From an uncultured virus (IMG/VR IMGVR_UViG_3300017971_000268) (lineage: Duplodnaviria > Heunggongvirae > Uroviricota > Caudoviricetes): a stretch of 64,000 bases of DNA. The translations under genes and the position numbers were made by a program. Shown here in pieces: positions 35,468-45,400 of the stretch. The notes under the pieces are model-generated. The model saw only the letters and a program-made list of their open reading frames with translations. It did not search any database and was not told where the DNA came from. The DNA is taken from IMG/VR virus record IMGVR_UViG_3300017971_000268; one strand, given 5' to 3'. How positions within the stretch are numbered: position 1 is the stretch's first letter; each line of letters opens with the position of its first letter.

Positions 35468-36429
35468 TTAATGTATCTGACATATTAGATGATATCGGAT
35501 TAGATTATAGAGAAGTTGGAAAAAGCTTTAGAGTTAAGTGTTGGCATCACGATGAAGGTGTCCCGTCAATGTTTATTAATAAAGAATCTGGAGTGTATCA
35601 TTGCTTTAGCTGTCATAGTTCTGGAAACATATTTCAACTTATTACAGAACATCTTGGATTAACTGGATTCGATTTAGTAAAATACTTAGCTGACTTCTCT
35701 ATTAACTTGACAGAGGAAGAAATATATAATAGATTAAAAAATCACATAGGATCTAGAAAACCAAAAGAAGTAAAACAAGTACGAAAGCTTATAAGAATAC
35801 CAGAATACAAAACCATAGAAAATAATGATTATCTTGAAAATAGAGGAATAACTAAAGAAGAAATAAAACAATGGGAAATGGGGGTTGTTTCTGGCAATCA
35901 AACACACAAAGAATTCTTACCTTATAGAAATTGGATTTATATTCCTATAATTCAAAATGGTGTTTTTGAAAATTATTTCTTGAGAAGTCCTTTTAACAAT
36001 AGAAAGATATATGGTAAATTTCCTAGAAAAAATCTTTTATTTGGATTAGATAGTTGTACAGATTACAGTAAAACTATTTATGTAGTAGAGGGTATCTTTG
36101 ATATGATTTTTTTGAGAAAGATAAGAGTTCAAGTTGTTGCAGCTCTTTCTAACAGGTTGCATAAAGAACAATTAGAACTCCTTAAAAAATATAAAAGAGT
36201 AGTACTCGTGCCAGATGCGGACAGCCCTGGATTTGAGTTAGTTAAAACAGCTTTACCTTTAATATATAGTACTAGTCTCGGAGTATGTTCTATCCCTAAT
36301 GGTAAGAAAGATACTGCTGATTGTACTATAGATGAATTAATAGAAATGACTTATAATGAAAAAAGTATTTTAGATTTTATTTTTAATGAGAGGTTAGATT
36401 ATGGAAATGCGAGACACCAGTTCTTCTAA
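35464..36429 (+). CDS. dnaG: DNA primase (Zn finger + TOPRIM)
   Basis: CWHH...CFSC; VVEGIFD; PDADSPG. Confidence 0.9.
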   Translation: MINVSDILDDIGLDYREVGKSFRVKCWHHDEGVPSMFINKESGVYHCFSCHSSGNIFQLITEHLGLTGFDLVKYLADFSINLTEEEIYNRLKNHIGSRKPKEVKQVRKLIRIPEYKTIENNDYLENRGITKEEIKQWEMGVVSGNQTHKEFLPYRNWIYIPIIQNGVFENYFLRSPFNNRKIYGKFPRKNLLFGLDSCTDYSKTIYVVEGIFDMIFLRKIRVQVVAALSNRLHKEQLELLKKYKRVVLVPDADSPGFELVKTALPLIYSTSLGVCSIPNGKKDTADCTIDELIEMTYNEKSILDFIFNERLDYGNARHQFF

Positions 36430-36613
36430 TATTGCACAGGTTGGATACGATACAGCAGAAAAAGTATTACGTATTGTATTTCAAACAGGAGCAATATATG
36501 ATTACACAAATGTGGACGAGCTAACTTATCGACAGTTATTGCAATCTCCTTCGGTCGGTAAATTTTTTCACAGATACATCAAAGGTAGCTTTGATTTTAA
36601 TAGAATTAAGTAA
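36401..36613 (+). CDS. KTSC domain protein
   Basis: SSNIAQVGYD...LRIVFQTGAIYDY...SPSVGKFF. Confidence 0.9.
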   Translation: MEMRDTSSSNIAQVGYDTAEKVLRIVFQTGAIYDYTNVDELTYRQLLQSPSVGKFFHRYIKGSFDFNRIK

Positions 36614-36620
36614 AAAATTG

Positions 36621-36666
36621 TTGACTATTAATAGGGTTTTGTATACATTAGATATGTGTATACATT
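36621..36666 (+). promoter_or_regulatory. promoter with tandem TGTATACATT operator-like repeats
   Basis: TTGACT-N17-TACATT; TGTATACATT at 36640 and 36657. Confidence 0.7.
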
Positions 36667-36697
36667 CATTTAAATTGTTTATAAGGAGATTATAGAA

Positions 36698-36868
36698 ATG
36701 ATTAGAAAACAATTCTATTTTACTGAAAGTGAGGATAAGGCTGTTAAAAAAGTTGCGAAAGAAAGCGGGCTTCCAGCAGCAGAAATAATAAGGAGGTTTA
36801 TAGATTATTGTTTAAATCAAGAGAATTTAGATAATATTATATATAAAACGAGGAAAAACAAGAAATGA
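36698..36868 (+). CDS. CopG-like RHH protein, 56 aa (not in ORF track)
   Basis: MIRKQFYFTESEDKAVKKVAKESGLPAAEIIRRFIDYCL; AAGGAG RBS; ATGA coupling. Confidence 0.8.
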   Translation: MIRKQFYFTESEDKAVKKVAKESGLPAAEIIRRFIDYCLNQENLDNIIYKTRKNKK

Positions 36869-37293
36869 AAGTAATTGTAAATGTGGATGGTATTTTACCA
36901 GTATTAGATGATATGATAATAAAGGGTTTGGAACAAGAGGGTTATCCCACTTGTTTAGGGAATATGATACCCCCATTATTAATGAGAAAAATTGAGGTAG
37001 ATGAAGAAAAAGTACTAAAAGTAAAAGGGCTTACTCCTACAACTGAAATTGTTTTGGAAGATGTCTCGCAAGTTGTGGAAAGTAATGTTGATATTGTAAA
37101 TAATAGGGTTATGACTCAAGAAGGAATTGACTATATTAATGAGTATAAAACAAATAGGGCAGAAATGTATGTAAAGCAGTTAGTTAAGTGTATTAGTTGT
37201 GAATATGTTGATACGTGTTATAAACTAACCACAACTTATTTAACACTCATAAGTATAGAAGAAAAAGCAAAGGAGACTAATTCGACATGTTAG
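36865..37293 (+). CDS. hypothetical protein in the tubulin operon
   Basis: CISCEYVDTC motif; overlaps genes on both sides. Confidence 0.7.
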   Translation: MKVIVNVDGILPVLDDMIIKGLEQEGYPTCLGNMIPPLLMRKIEVDEEKVLKVKGLTPTTEIVLEDVSQVVESNVDIVNNRVMTQEGIDYINEYKTNRAEMYVKQLVKCISCEYVDTCYKLTTTYLTLISIEEKAKETNSTC

Positions 37294-38366
37294 GAAAAAC
37301 AGTACAGATTATAGGAGTGGGTCAATGTGGGTGTAGGCTTGGTATGACTTTTGAAAAACAAGGAATACCAGCACTTTACATTAATTCAGATGAAGTTGAT
37401 TTTAGGGATTTTAATGCGAGACCAGATCAAACTCTCTTGATAGAAGGTTCTGGTACTGGGGGATCTCCTTCAAAAGGAGCTGAATTATTTAGAAAGCACA
37501 AGAGTTCTATTATTAGTTTTTTAAGAGAACGTTTAGATAAAAATAAAATAATATGGGTATTGTGGGGAAGTGGAGGAGGTACTGGAAATTCAATAGGACC
37601 TCTTTTATTAGAGTATTTATCTGAACATAAATATGTTACTGGATGTATTACAACTTTACCGCCTAAGATGTTAGATATTCTGGCAACTGATAATGCTATG
37701 AAGACTTTGAAAAAGTTGAAAGATGTTAATACGAGAATGACTGTACTCGCAGACAATGAATACCTTGTAAATAAGATTGGTGTTGGTGGTGATTGGTGGA
37801 AGAAAGTTAACAGCCATATCTGTTCTACAATTCTTTCTGCCTTTGATTTGTTAAGAGAAGGGAAGACTACTCAAAGTGGGCTAGGTTCTATTGATAAGGG
37901 TGAGATAATGAGGATTATGCAATATGGAAACGGTTTAACAGATGTTAGAGTTGTATATCTTTCTCCTTATGATTTTGATTTAGAGAATAAAGATTTGTTA
38001 AAGAAATTACTTGAGCCTTCTCTTATTGAAGGTTATAACTATAAAAATACATTAGCTTATCTTGTAGGAATAGATTTGCCAAGGCAAGGAAATTACACAG
38101 AGATTTCAAAGAAGATATTTGATAGTACAAGAGCGAGCTTTGGAAATGCTATATCACGATTAGGCATGTTCGTTGATCCTTTTCTTAATGATGTTATAAG
38201 AGTAACAATGATTAATGCTGGATTGAAACTACCTAAATCTTTAAAGGTAAAGATGAATAATTTAAAGAGGGATGAGGCTAGATTTATTGAGAAAAGAAAT
38301 AGAGAAGAAACTATGGACTTCTCTGAATTAGAAGAAGGTGTTTTAGAAGAAGACTTTCAATTGTAA
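37287..38366 (+). CDS. tubulin/FtsZ-family GTPase (TubZ/PhuZ-like)
   Basis: IGVGQCG, INS, GSGTGG, GSGGGTGN signature, DNE, IDKGE T7 loop, acidic tail. Confidence 0.9.
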   Translation: MLGKTVQIIGVGQCGCRLGMTFEKQGIPALYINSDEVDFRDFNARPDQTLLIEGSGTGGSPSKGAELFRKHKSSIISFLRERLDKNKIIWVLWGSGGGTGNSIGPLLLEYLSEHKYVTGCITTLPPKMLDILATDNAMKTLKKLKDVNTRMTVLADNEYLVNKIGVGGDWWKKVNSHICSTILSAFDLLREGKTTQSGLGSIDKGEIMRIMQYGNGLTDVRVVYLSPYDFDLENKDLLKKLLEPSLIEGYNYKNTLAYLVGIDLPRQGNYTEISKKIFDSTRASFGNAISRLGMFVDPFLNDVIRVTMINAGLKLPKSLKVKMNNLKRDEARFIEKRNREETMDFSELEEGVLEEDFQL

Positions 38367-38369
38367 GAG

Positions 38370-38798
38370 GTGAATATGGATTTAAATATAACTCAAGTTT
38401 GTAATACTGTTCAATATTTTGAAAAGCCTGTTAAAACTAATTACTCGACAAGAGAGGGAGGCTTTCCTACAGACACATTTAAAATTAGCCAGACGTACGT
38501 TGATTTTATTATAGAGATATCTGGTCTTACGATGATGACAATGACACGCAATTGTGATTATGATATTTTTAGAGATATGATATTACATGCACTTCCTCCT
38601 AGATTTAGAAATGCTGATTTGGAGATTATAGAGTTAATGAATCATCCGATGGAACACGCAACAAAATTTGGTATTGTAATAAAAGGGTACAACGGAAATG
38701 TTTATACTCCGTCAGAAACAAAGCGGTGGATTTATTGTCCGAGTTGTGGAGTACCATTGAAAAACCATAGTTGTGAATACTGTGGATTACAATTATAA
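38370..38798 (+). CDS. hypothetical protein with C-terminal zinc ribbon
   Basis: CPSCG...CEYCG. Confidence 0.65.
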   Translation: MNMDLNITQVCNTVQYFEKPVKTNYSTREGGFPTDTFKISQTYVDFIIEISGLTMMTMTRNCDYDIFRDMILHALPPRFRNADLEIIELMNHPMEHATKFGIVIKGYNGNVYTPSETKRWIYCPSCGVPLKNHSCEYCGLQL

Positions 38799-38808
38799 GG
38801 AGAAAAAA

Positions 38809-38979
38809 ATGACTAAACTTATTAGATGTAAAGAATGTGGAGAAACTTTTGAACCAATTATTGTTGATGATAAGGTTCACAATAAAGGAATCAAACAAGA
38901 TTGTCCTAATTGTGGAGAAGTAAATTTATTTAAACCCTCTGAAGTTGATGGTAAGGGTGATGACGTATTAGGAAAATGA
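38809..38979 (+). CDS. zinc-ribbon protein
   Basis: IRCKECG...CPNCG; AAGGAG RBS. Confidence 0.65.
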   Translation: MTKLIRCKECGETFEPIIVDDKVHNKGIKQDCPNCGEVNLFKPSEVDGKGDDVLGK

Positions 38980-39206
38980 TTATGTCAGGAAAACGAGCAG
39001 TTTCTTTATATATTAGAGATGAAAAAGAATACAAAGCCTTGAGAGACGAGGTTAAAAATTTGTGGTATAAAAAATACGGAATTGCATTATCAATAGGAGA
39101 AGTTGTTATGTATTCTTTAAATTTTACTAAAGAGGAGTTATTGAAAACGGACAAGTCTAGGAACAATCAAACTCCTTCTAAAAAATATTCGAGGTTGAGT
39201 TCTTGA
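38976..39206 (+). CDS. RHH-like protein
   Basis: RAVSLYIRDEKEYKALR...LSIGEVV. Confidence 0.5.
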   Translation: MIMSGKRAVSLYIRDEKEYKALRDEVKNLWYKKYGIALSIGEVVMYSLNFTKEELLKTDKSRNNQTPSKKYSRLSS

Positions 39207-40663
39207 TAGTATCTGATAAAATATATATACGATTAAGTGAAATAGAAAACCATGTTTCAAACATATGTAATATGTTTACTTATCCAAATCCAGAGTACCA
39301 CCGAAATAAAAAATTGAAATTATCTGTAAGAAAAATATCACCCTCATTAAAGAACTATAAGTTTCAAGGTGTGGGAGAAGGTAGGATGTTGATTTTACCA
39401 AGAGGTTGTTTATCAAAACTCAAGGATTATTTTAAGAATAATAATATGTTTGTAAGAGTTTTGGATGATAGGATAGAACACCCTCCTATTGATTGTAAAC
39501 TGAAAGAAACTAATTTAGAACCCCAACAGCATCAATTAATTAATGCATTTGTAAATGATGAGGGAGGTCTTGTGGAAGCTCTTCCAGGAGCGGGAAAAAC
39601 TATAGGAATACTAGGTTTGATAGACACCATCAAACAACCAACTATAATACTTATGCACGAAGAAGGTTTGCAGAAACAATGGATTAAAGAAATAAAAAAG
39701 CGTATGAAAGGTAACTTTGTACTTGGAAGGTGGGATGGTAATCACAAGACTAGGGGTGATATTGATGTTGGTCTTGTTCAAACAGTTCACAAACAGGTTG
39801 ATTTAAATCCCAACTTTTTAGATTCCTATGGAATGATTGTTTTGGATGAAGCCCATCACGGAAGTGCTGCAACTTTCTTGAAGACTTTAAATTCTTCTCG
39901 TTCTAAATATAGAGTTGGTGTTACTGGTACAGTAGAAAGAAAAGATCAAATGCATATCCTTCTTTATGATGTAATAGGAAAAGTTCTCCTTGTTATTAAG
40001 GACAAGGATTTGAAACATAGAATCACCCCTTTTGAATATGAGATGGTAAATACTAACATAAGTATAGAATTACCTACAAATCAAAGATGGGTTAATAAAA
40101 AAAGGGTAAACGTACTAAATCCAACAGGAACAATAACTTTGTTGACAAAAATAGATAAAAGGAATACAATGATTATTAATAATATAATTAATGACATTGA
40201 AATAGGTCATTTCCCGTTAGTTCTTTCTGACAGAGTGGATCACATTACTTTTCTAGATTACAGATTGAACGAGATGGGATACAATTCTATACTTATAAAG
40301 GGGGGTGCAACTAAAAAATCTGAAAAGATTAACTGGGATGAAATTAGGGAAGATACAACTATACAAGTTATTTGTGCATCAACAAAGAAAGCTGAAGAAG
40401 GTTTAGATTTACCAAGACTTTCTTCGTTACATTTAACATGCATGTCATCTAACTATCCCAAATTTAAACAAAAGATAGGGAGAATCAGGAGAAAATTAGA
40501 GGGGAAACCTACTCCTAAAGTCTACTATTATGTTGATAATTTAGCGTATATTTTTGAATTAAGTAAAGATACATATGTTAAGAAACACATTTTAAGTTAT
40601 ACAGCTAAAAATGTTTCTAAATATTTTACCAAACTACAGGATGAATATTATGAAGAAAAATAA
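39203..40663 (+). CDS. SF2 DNA helicase (UvsW-like)
   Basis: PGAGKT, LDEAHH, TGT, EGLDLP, QKIGRIRR. Confidence 0.9.
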   Translation: MIVSDKIYIRLSEIENHVSNICNMFTYPNPEYHRNKKLKLSVRKISPSLKNYKFQGVGEGRMLILPRGCLSKLKDYFKNNNMFVRVLDDRIEHPPIDCKLKETNLEPQQHQLINAFVNDEGGLVEALPGAGKTIGILGLIDTIKQPTIILMHEEGLQKQWIKEIKKRMKGNFVLGRWDGNHKTRGDIDVGLVQTVHKQVDLNPNFLDSYGMIVLDEAHHGSAATFLKTLNSSRSKYRVGVTGTVERKDQMHILLYDVIGKVLLVIKDKDLKHRITPFEYEMVNTNISIELPTNQRWVNKKRVNVLNPTGTITLLTKIDKRNTMIINNIINDIEIGHFPLVLSDRVDHITFLDYRLNEMGYNSILIKGGATKKSEKINWDEIREDTTIQVICASTKKAEEGLDLPRLSSLHLTCMSSNYPKFKQKIGRIRRKLEGKPTPKVYYYVDNLAYIFELSKDTYVKKHILSYTAKNVSKYFTKLQDEYYEEK

Positions 40664-40714
40664 AACTCTTTGTGTTAAAGAGGAAAAATACAAGAAGATT
40701 TATATGAGTGTACT

Positions 40715-41497
40715 ATGGACAAAGCAGCATATGAGAAAGCTGTCCGTCTTAGTCGAAACTTTAATAGCAGGAGTGCGGAAGATACAAAAGAGCTTTATGG
40801 AATTATTCAAAGAGCTGTTAAACTTGCACAAAGAGGTAAAGAGGATAATATTGGGAGAAATGACAGGGAAGTTAAAAGAGCAAAAGCTTTTCTGTTAGAG
40901 GTTTATGAGCCGTATATTAAAAAAATGGCGGGTAAATATTTTCCGTCAGTAGAGACTCCATTAGATTTTGAAGATGTTATACAAGAGGTTTATTTAATAT
41001 TTTTGTCTCTTATAAATAAGTATGACGAAAATATTTCTTCCTTTTCGTATTACATTAATTTGATGTTGCCTCAGTATATGTCGGTGTGGGTACATAAGAT
41101 TAATTCAACAGTTTACGTTCCTGTTGATATTAAGATTGTTGAAGCGACTTTATGTCATCCGGCATTTGATTCATCCGTTAAGGTTTACGACTATCTTAAT
41201 GGATGGATTTTAGAGAAGGAGTTTGTATCTTTTATAGAAGAAAGGTCTATGAAGAGTTCTAGGAGTGAGACTGTAAAGGAGGTATGTGACAAGATATTTT
41301 TAGGAAACACAACGTGTTCTGAATTAGCTACTGAGTTGGGAATTAGTTATCACGCTGTGTATGAGATTATCAACAAGATTAAGATGGAGTTAAGACACTT
41401 TTTCAATGAGAATCTCTTTTCTGAATATACTGTTACAAGTACTGGAGATTATGGATTATTTGAGGATGGATATGAGTTCGAATATAAATATAAATAG
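40715..41497 (+). CDS. phage sigma70-family factor
   Basis: Region 2 YEPYIKKMA...EDVIQE...FSYY; region 4 SELATELGISYHAV. Confidence 0.8.
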   Translation: MDKAAYEKAVRLSRNFNSRSAEDTKELYGIIQRAVKLAQRGKEDNIGRNDREVKRAKAFLLEVYEPYIKKMAGKYFPSVETPLDFEDVIQEVYLIFLSLINKYDENISSFSYYINLMLPQYMSVWVHKINSTVYVPVDIKIVEATLCHPAFDSSVKVYDYLNGWILEKEFVSFIEERSMKSSRSETVKEVCDKIFLGNTTCSELATELGISYHAVYEIINKIKMELRHFFNENLFSEYTVTSTGDYGLFEDGYEFEYKYK

Positions 41498-41666
41498 AGA
41501 AGAACCTGTGAGGACTATTTCAACACATGTTCCTGCTCATATTTATAATGCATATTCGAATAAGGTGAAATTTTACGAATTGAATTCTCATGATGTTATG
41601 GGTTATCTAGTTAAGAAATTTATAGAAGGAGATTTTGACGAAGACTTTTCAATACCAAAAGATTAA
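41472..41666 (+). CDS. RHH-like protein
   Basis: RTISTHVPAHIYNAY...DVMGYLVKKFIEG. Confidence 0.55.
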   Translation: MSSNININREEPVRTISTHVPAHIYNAYSNKVKFYELNSHDVMGYLVKKFIEGDFDEDFSIPKD

Positions 41667-41699
41667 ACCATATTAATTAAATTAGCAGGAGGATATGAT

Positions 41700-42092
41700 A
41701 TGAAAATTAACAAAGTGTTTGTCTACGGTACCTTACGTAGAGGTCTTAGTAGAAATGGTGTCTTACAAAGAACTTCTGAATTCATTGGTGTAGGCACTTG
41801 TAAATACAAAAAGATGTTTGATTTAGGGAGTTTTCCAGCAGTTATTAACTCCGATGATGAAAAGGATGTAATTGTTGGAGAGCTTTACGAAATGCGCAAT
41901 CCAGAAGAAGTTCTTTCAATACTCGATTCCATTGAAGGAGTTCCCCACCTTTATAGACGTGATTCAGTTAAAGTAAATATAGATGGAAAAGAAATTGACA
42001 GTTGGTTGTATATTTACAATACTGACAAAGAAAGATTGAAAGATTGTGAACACGTCAAATCTGGAGATTATTCAGATAGACTATGGTTCTAA
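41700..42092 (+). CDS. gamma-glutamylcyclotransferase (AIG2-like)
   Basis: VFVYGTLRRG, FPAV, VGELYE, LDSIEG...Y. Confidence 0.9.
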   Translation: MKINKVFVYGTLRRGLSRNGVLQRTSEFIGVGTCKYKKMFDLGSFPAVINSDDEKDVIVGELYEMRNPEEVLSILDSIEGVPHLYRRDSVKVNIDGKEIDSWLYIYNTDKERLKDCEHVKSGDYSDRLWF

Positions 42093-42111
42093 CATGTGAA
42101 AGGAGTTTTTT

Positions 42112-42264
42112 ATGAAAAAATTATTGACTTTATTAGTTTCTTTGGCGATTATTATGGCTATTGTAGGTTGTTCAAAACCTCCAACAGACGATAGCAAAGT
42201 TAAAGATCCTCAAAAGAAAGAGGATGTCGATAAAAAAGTCGATAAGAAAGCAAAAAAGAAGTAG
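42112..42264 (+). CDS. small lipoprotein, 50 aa (not in ORF track)
   Basis: MKKLLTLLVSLAIIMAIVG-C lipobox, K/D-rich tail; AAGGAG RBS. Confidence 0.8.
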   Translation: MKKLLTLLVSLAIIMAIVGCSKPPTDDSKVKDPQKKEDVDKKVDKKAKKK

Positions 42265-42271
42265 TGTTAAG

Positions 42272-42304
42272 TAAAATGCCCTTGCCAAAAGCGAGGGCAT
42301 TTTA
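42272..42304 (+). terminator. intrinsic terminator, probably bidirectional
   Basis: TAAAATGCCCTTGC-CAAAA-GCGAGGGCATTTTA. Confidence 0.8.
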
Positions 42305-42349
42305 AAAAAGATACTTAAAGATTATCACTTTCCAATTATATTTTAAATA

Positions 42350-42394
42350 GAACTGCAAGAAATCCAAGAAGTCTTTAGCTTCGTGACAGTTCAC
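42350..42394 (+). mobile_element. IS200/IS605-like right-end remnant
   Basis: GAACTG...AAGAAGTCTTTAGCTTCGTGACAGTTCAC resembles tnpB element ends; no tnpB gene here. Confidence 0.45.
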
Positions 42395-42424
42395 ATTGCA
42401 ACTAAGTTTAAAGGATGGTAAGGG

Positions 42425-45400
42425 ATGGGAATAGGTGATAAACTATTAGATAAAAATTACGAACCTTCCTCACAACCAACAAACAGAATAGAATCTCCAT
42501 TTTTTAAGAAGATTATAAAATGTCCGGTAAATTTTACTGAGGATATTATTGAGTATGTTGAATCTCCAGAATTTTTAGGTATGACTTTACGCCCACTTCA
42601 GAGAAAATTTCTTGAAGAGCTTTTTTATGTTAATCCAGATGGTTCATATAAATATGAACAAGGAGTTATGTGTTGTGGAATGAGGGGTGGTAAATCGCAC
42701 TCTATAAAAGAGCAAATTTTAATGTATGATGGAACATTAAAAGAGATTGGGAAAATACAGATTGGTGATATTGTAATGGGACCAGATTCTACTCCAAGAA
42801 AGGTTCTTAATACCTCACGAGGAGAATCTGAAATGTTTGAGATAAAACAATCATGTGCTGATACATATATTATAAATGATGCACACATTCTTTCTTTAAA
42901 GAAAGCTCAGTCTGTAAACTGTTCTCTTGGAAAAAACAGGAAGTCAAATGTTAGATACGGTAATGAACCAGATATAGTCAACATTCCTATAAAAGAATAT
43001 TTAAAGAAATCTAAAAAATGGAAATATTTCTTTAGAGGATATAAAGCAGGATTGATTAAATTCGAGGAACAACCTATCTCTATTGATCCTTATTTGGTTG
43101 GACAGTGGTTAGCAGACGGTCATGCTACTGAGTTAAGAATTACAAAAACCGATGCTGATTTAAAAGAATGGATTTATAAATTTGCTAAAGAAAATGATTT
43201 GATTGTAAAAGAATACCAAAAAAAGAATACAATTGCTAAAGATTTTTATTTTGATAAATCTAATGGTAACTCGAATAAAATATGGAATGAATTTAAAAAA
43301 TTAAATCTTCCAGATAATAAACATATCCCGCAATGCTATATTAGTAATAGCAAAGAAATAAGATTAGAATTGCTTGCTGCTTTAATTGATGGAGATGGTC
43401 ATCATAGATTAAATAGACATGGATATGATATTGCATTTTCTAATGAGACATTGGCAATGGATACCAAAAGATTAGCAGATACCCTTGGATATAGAACTCA
43501 TATTCAAAAAAAGAAAACATCTTGTAAAAATAAAGAAACTGGTTATAATTTTGAAGGGGAAGCTTGGAGACTTTCCATCTATGGCAATGTATGGGAAATA
43601 CCTTGTAAGGTTAAAAGAAAACAATATGTTCATAATGGTAAACGTACTAACAAAGAAGAGGGTTTATCATCATTAAAAGTCACCTCTATTGGTTGGGGTA
43701 AATATGCTGGAATAGGTGTTGATGGAGATAACCTGTATTGCCTTGCAGACGGAACGGTTACACATAATTCTTGGACTGCTGCTTTCATAACAACCTTTAT
43801 GACTCAACTAATGTTGAAGTACGATAATCCGGCACAAGAGTTTGGACAAGCCCCTGGTACTCGTATTACCGGACAGATTATAGCATCTTCAGAAGTACAA
43901 GCGAAAGAGACAGCTTATGCGGCAGTTGAGTCCATTCTTGATTATGGTCATTGGTGGCAGAAATATATTGCGTATTTAAAAGAGAGAGAAGAAACTGAAG
44001 GAAAACATACATTATATCAAGAATTAAAATTAGCTAGAGAATTTCCAGAAAAGAATGTTGCTGTACTTTCTCTTCACAGTAACTCTGCTGCCCTTGCTGG
44101 TAAGACAAGTTATTGTGTTGTTCTTGATGAATTAAGTCGATTTGATGTGGCAGATGGGATGGTGCAATCTAGAACACAAAAATCAACAGCAAACGCTGTT
44201 TATGATACGGTTGCTAGAGCGTGCTCAAGTCTTAAACAGATAAGCAAGGTCGTCACGATATCGAGTCCTATGTATGAGGACGATTACACAATGAGATTAT
44301 TGTGTATGGCAAAGGATTGTTGGGTAGGAGAAATGTCTCCTATTATTGATGCTTTGAGAAACAAAACTGTAACCAAAGTTCCTACCCTATATGGTATGCA
44401 CGCCACAACCTTTGAGTTAAACCCAAAAACAGAAGAAAATCCTGGAGGTTTTGTTAGAGGGGAAGATTTTGAATCAGCAAGACTACAGAATCCCGAAGCC
44501 TACAATCGTGACTACCTTGCTTGTCCGCCTTCTACTGTTAATCCGTTCTTCGAGTTTCCAGAAAAAATTGATAGAGTTGTTATAGATAGGGAAAAGAAAG
44601 TTGCCTTTTCTGATAAGATGATAGAGGAATCTATTCAAACAGCAAATGGGATTGAGATGCGAATGTATATTGGTAAGAATATAATGCCTCTTAAACCTGA
44701 TAAAATGAATAAGTATTATATTTGTGTTGACCAGGGCGAAAAGCGTGACCACTTTGCTTTGGCAATGGGGCATGTTGAATCTATGCCTATTGATGTTACT
44801 AACGATAAAGGTGATATCGAAAAAGCGAGTAGATTAAAGATAATAATAGATTTTGTTACTGGTTGGATTCCAGATAAACAGAATAGAATAACAGTTTCAT
44901 TTGCAAATGTGGAGGAAGTAATTAAAGTATTATGTCAGAGTTTCCATGTTGGCGTGGTCACTTATGACCAATGGTCTAGTGCAGAATCAATACAAAGATT
45001 ATTTTCCGAAGGTGTTAATACACAACAATTAGGTGCTACATTATCAATGTACGAAACATTTAAACAATTAATTTATCAAGGTCAATTAGAACTTCCTAAA
45101 CATGAGATACTTTTAAAAGAATTAAAACAGTTAACATTAATAAAAGGTAAGAAACTCGATCACCCATCTTCTGGAAGTAAAGACTATTCTGATGCTGTCT
45201 GTCGAGTATGTTGGTTATGTTATGAAGATTATATTATGGAGACTGTTCATGGGCAGCATATGTTACCTTATAAACAAAATCTTCCAACACTACGTTCGGT
45301 TGCATCTGCTTATGAGATTATGAGACAAAACGATATGAATCCTCATGGAGCTATTTGGAATCAATCTCAAAGTGGTCAAGGAGTTTTTGGTGATACTTTT

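Noticed and set aside
37287..38366. Nucleus-forming phage or host ftsZ
   Set aside because: No shell protein recognisable in the window; no dcw context or FtsZ C-terminal peptide
7259..44773. Antisense and alternate-frame ORFs inside large + strand genes
   Set aside because: Shadows of codon bias; no RBS or recognisable motifs
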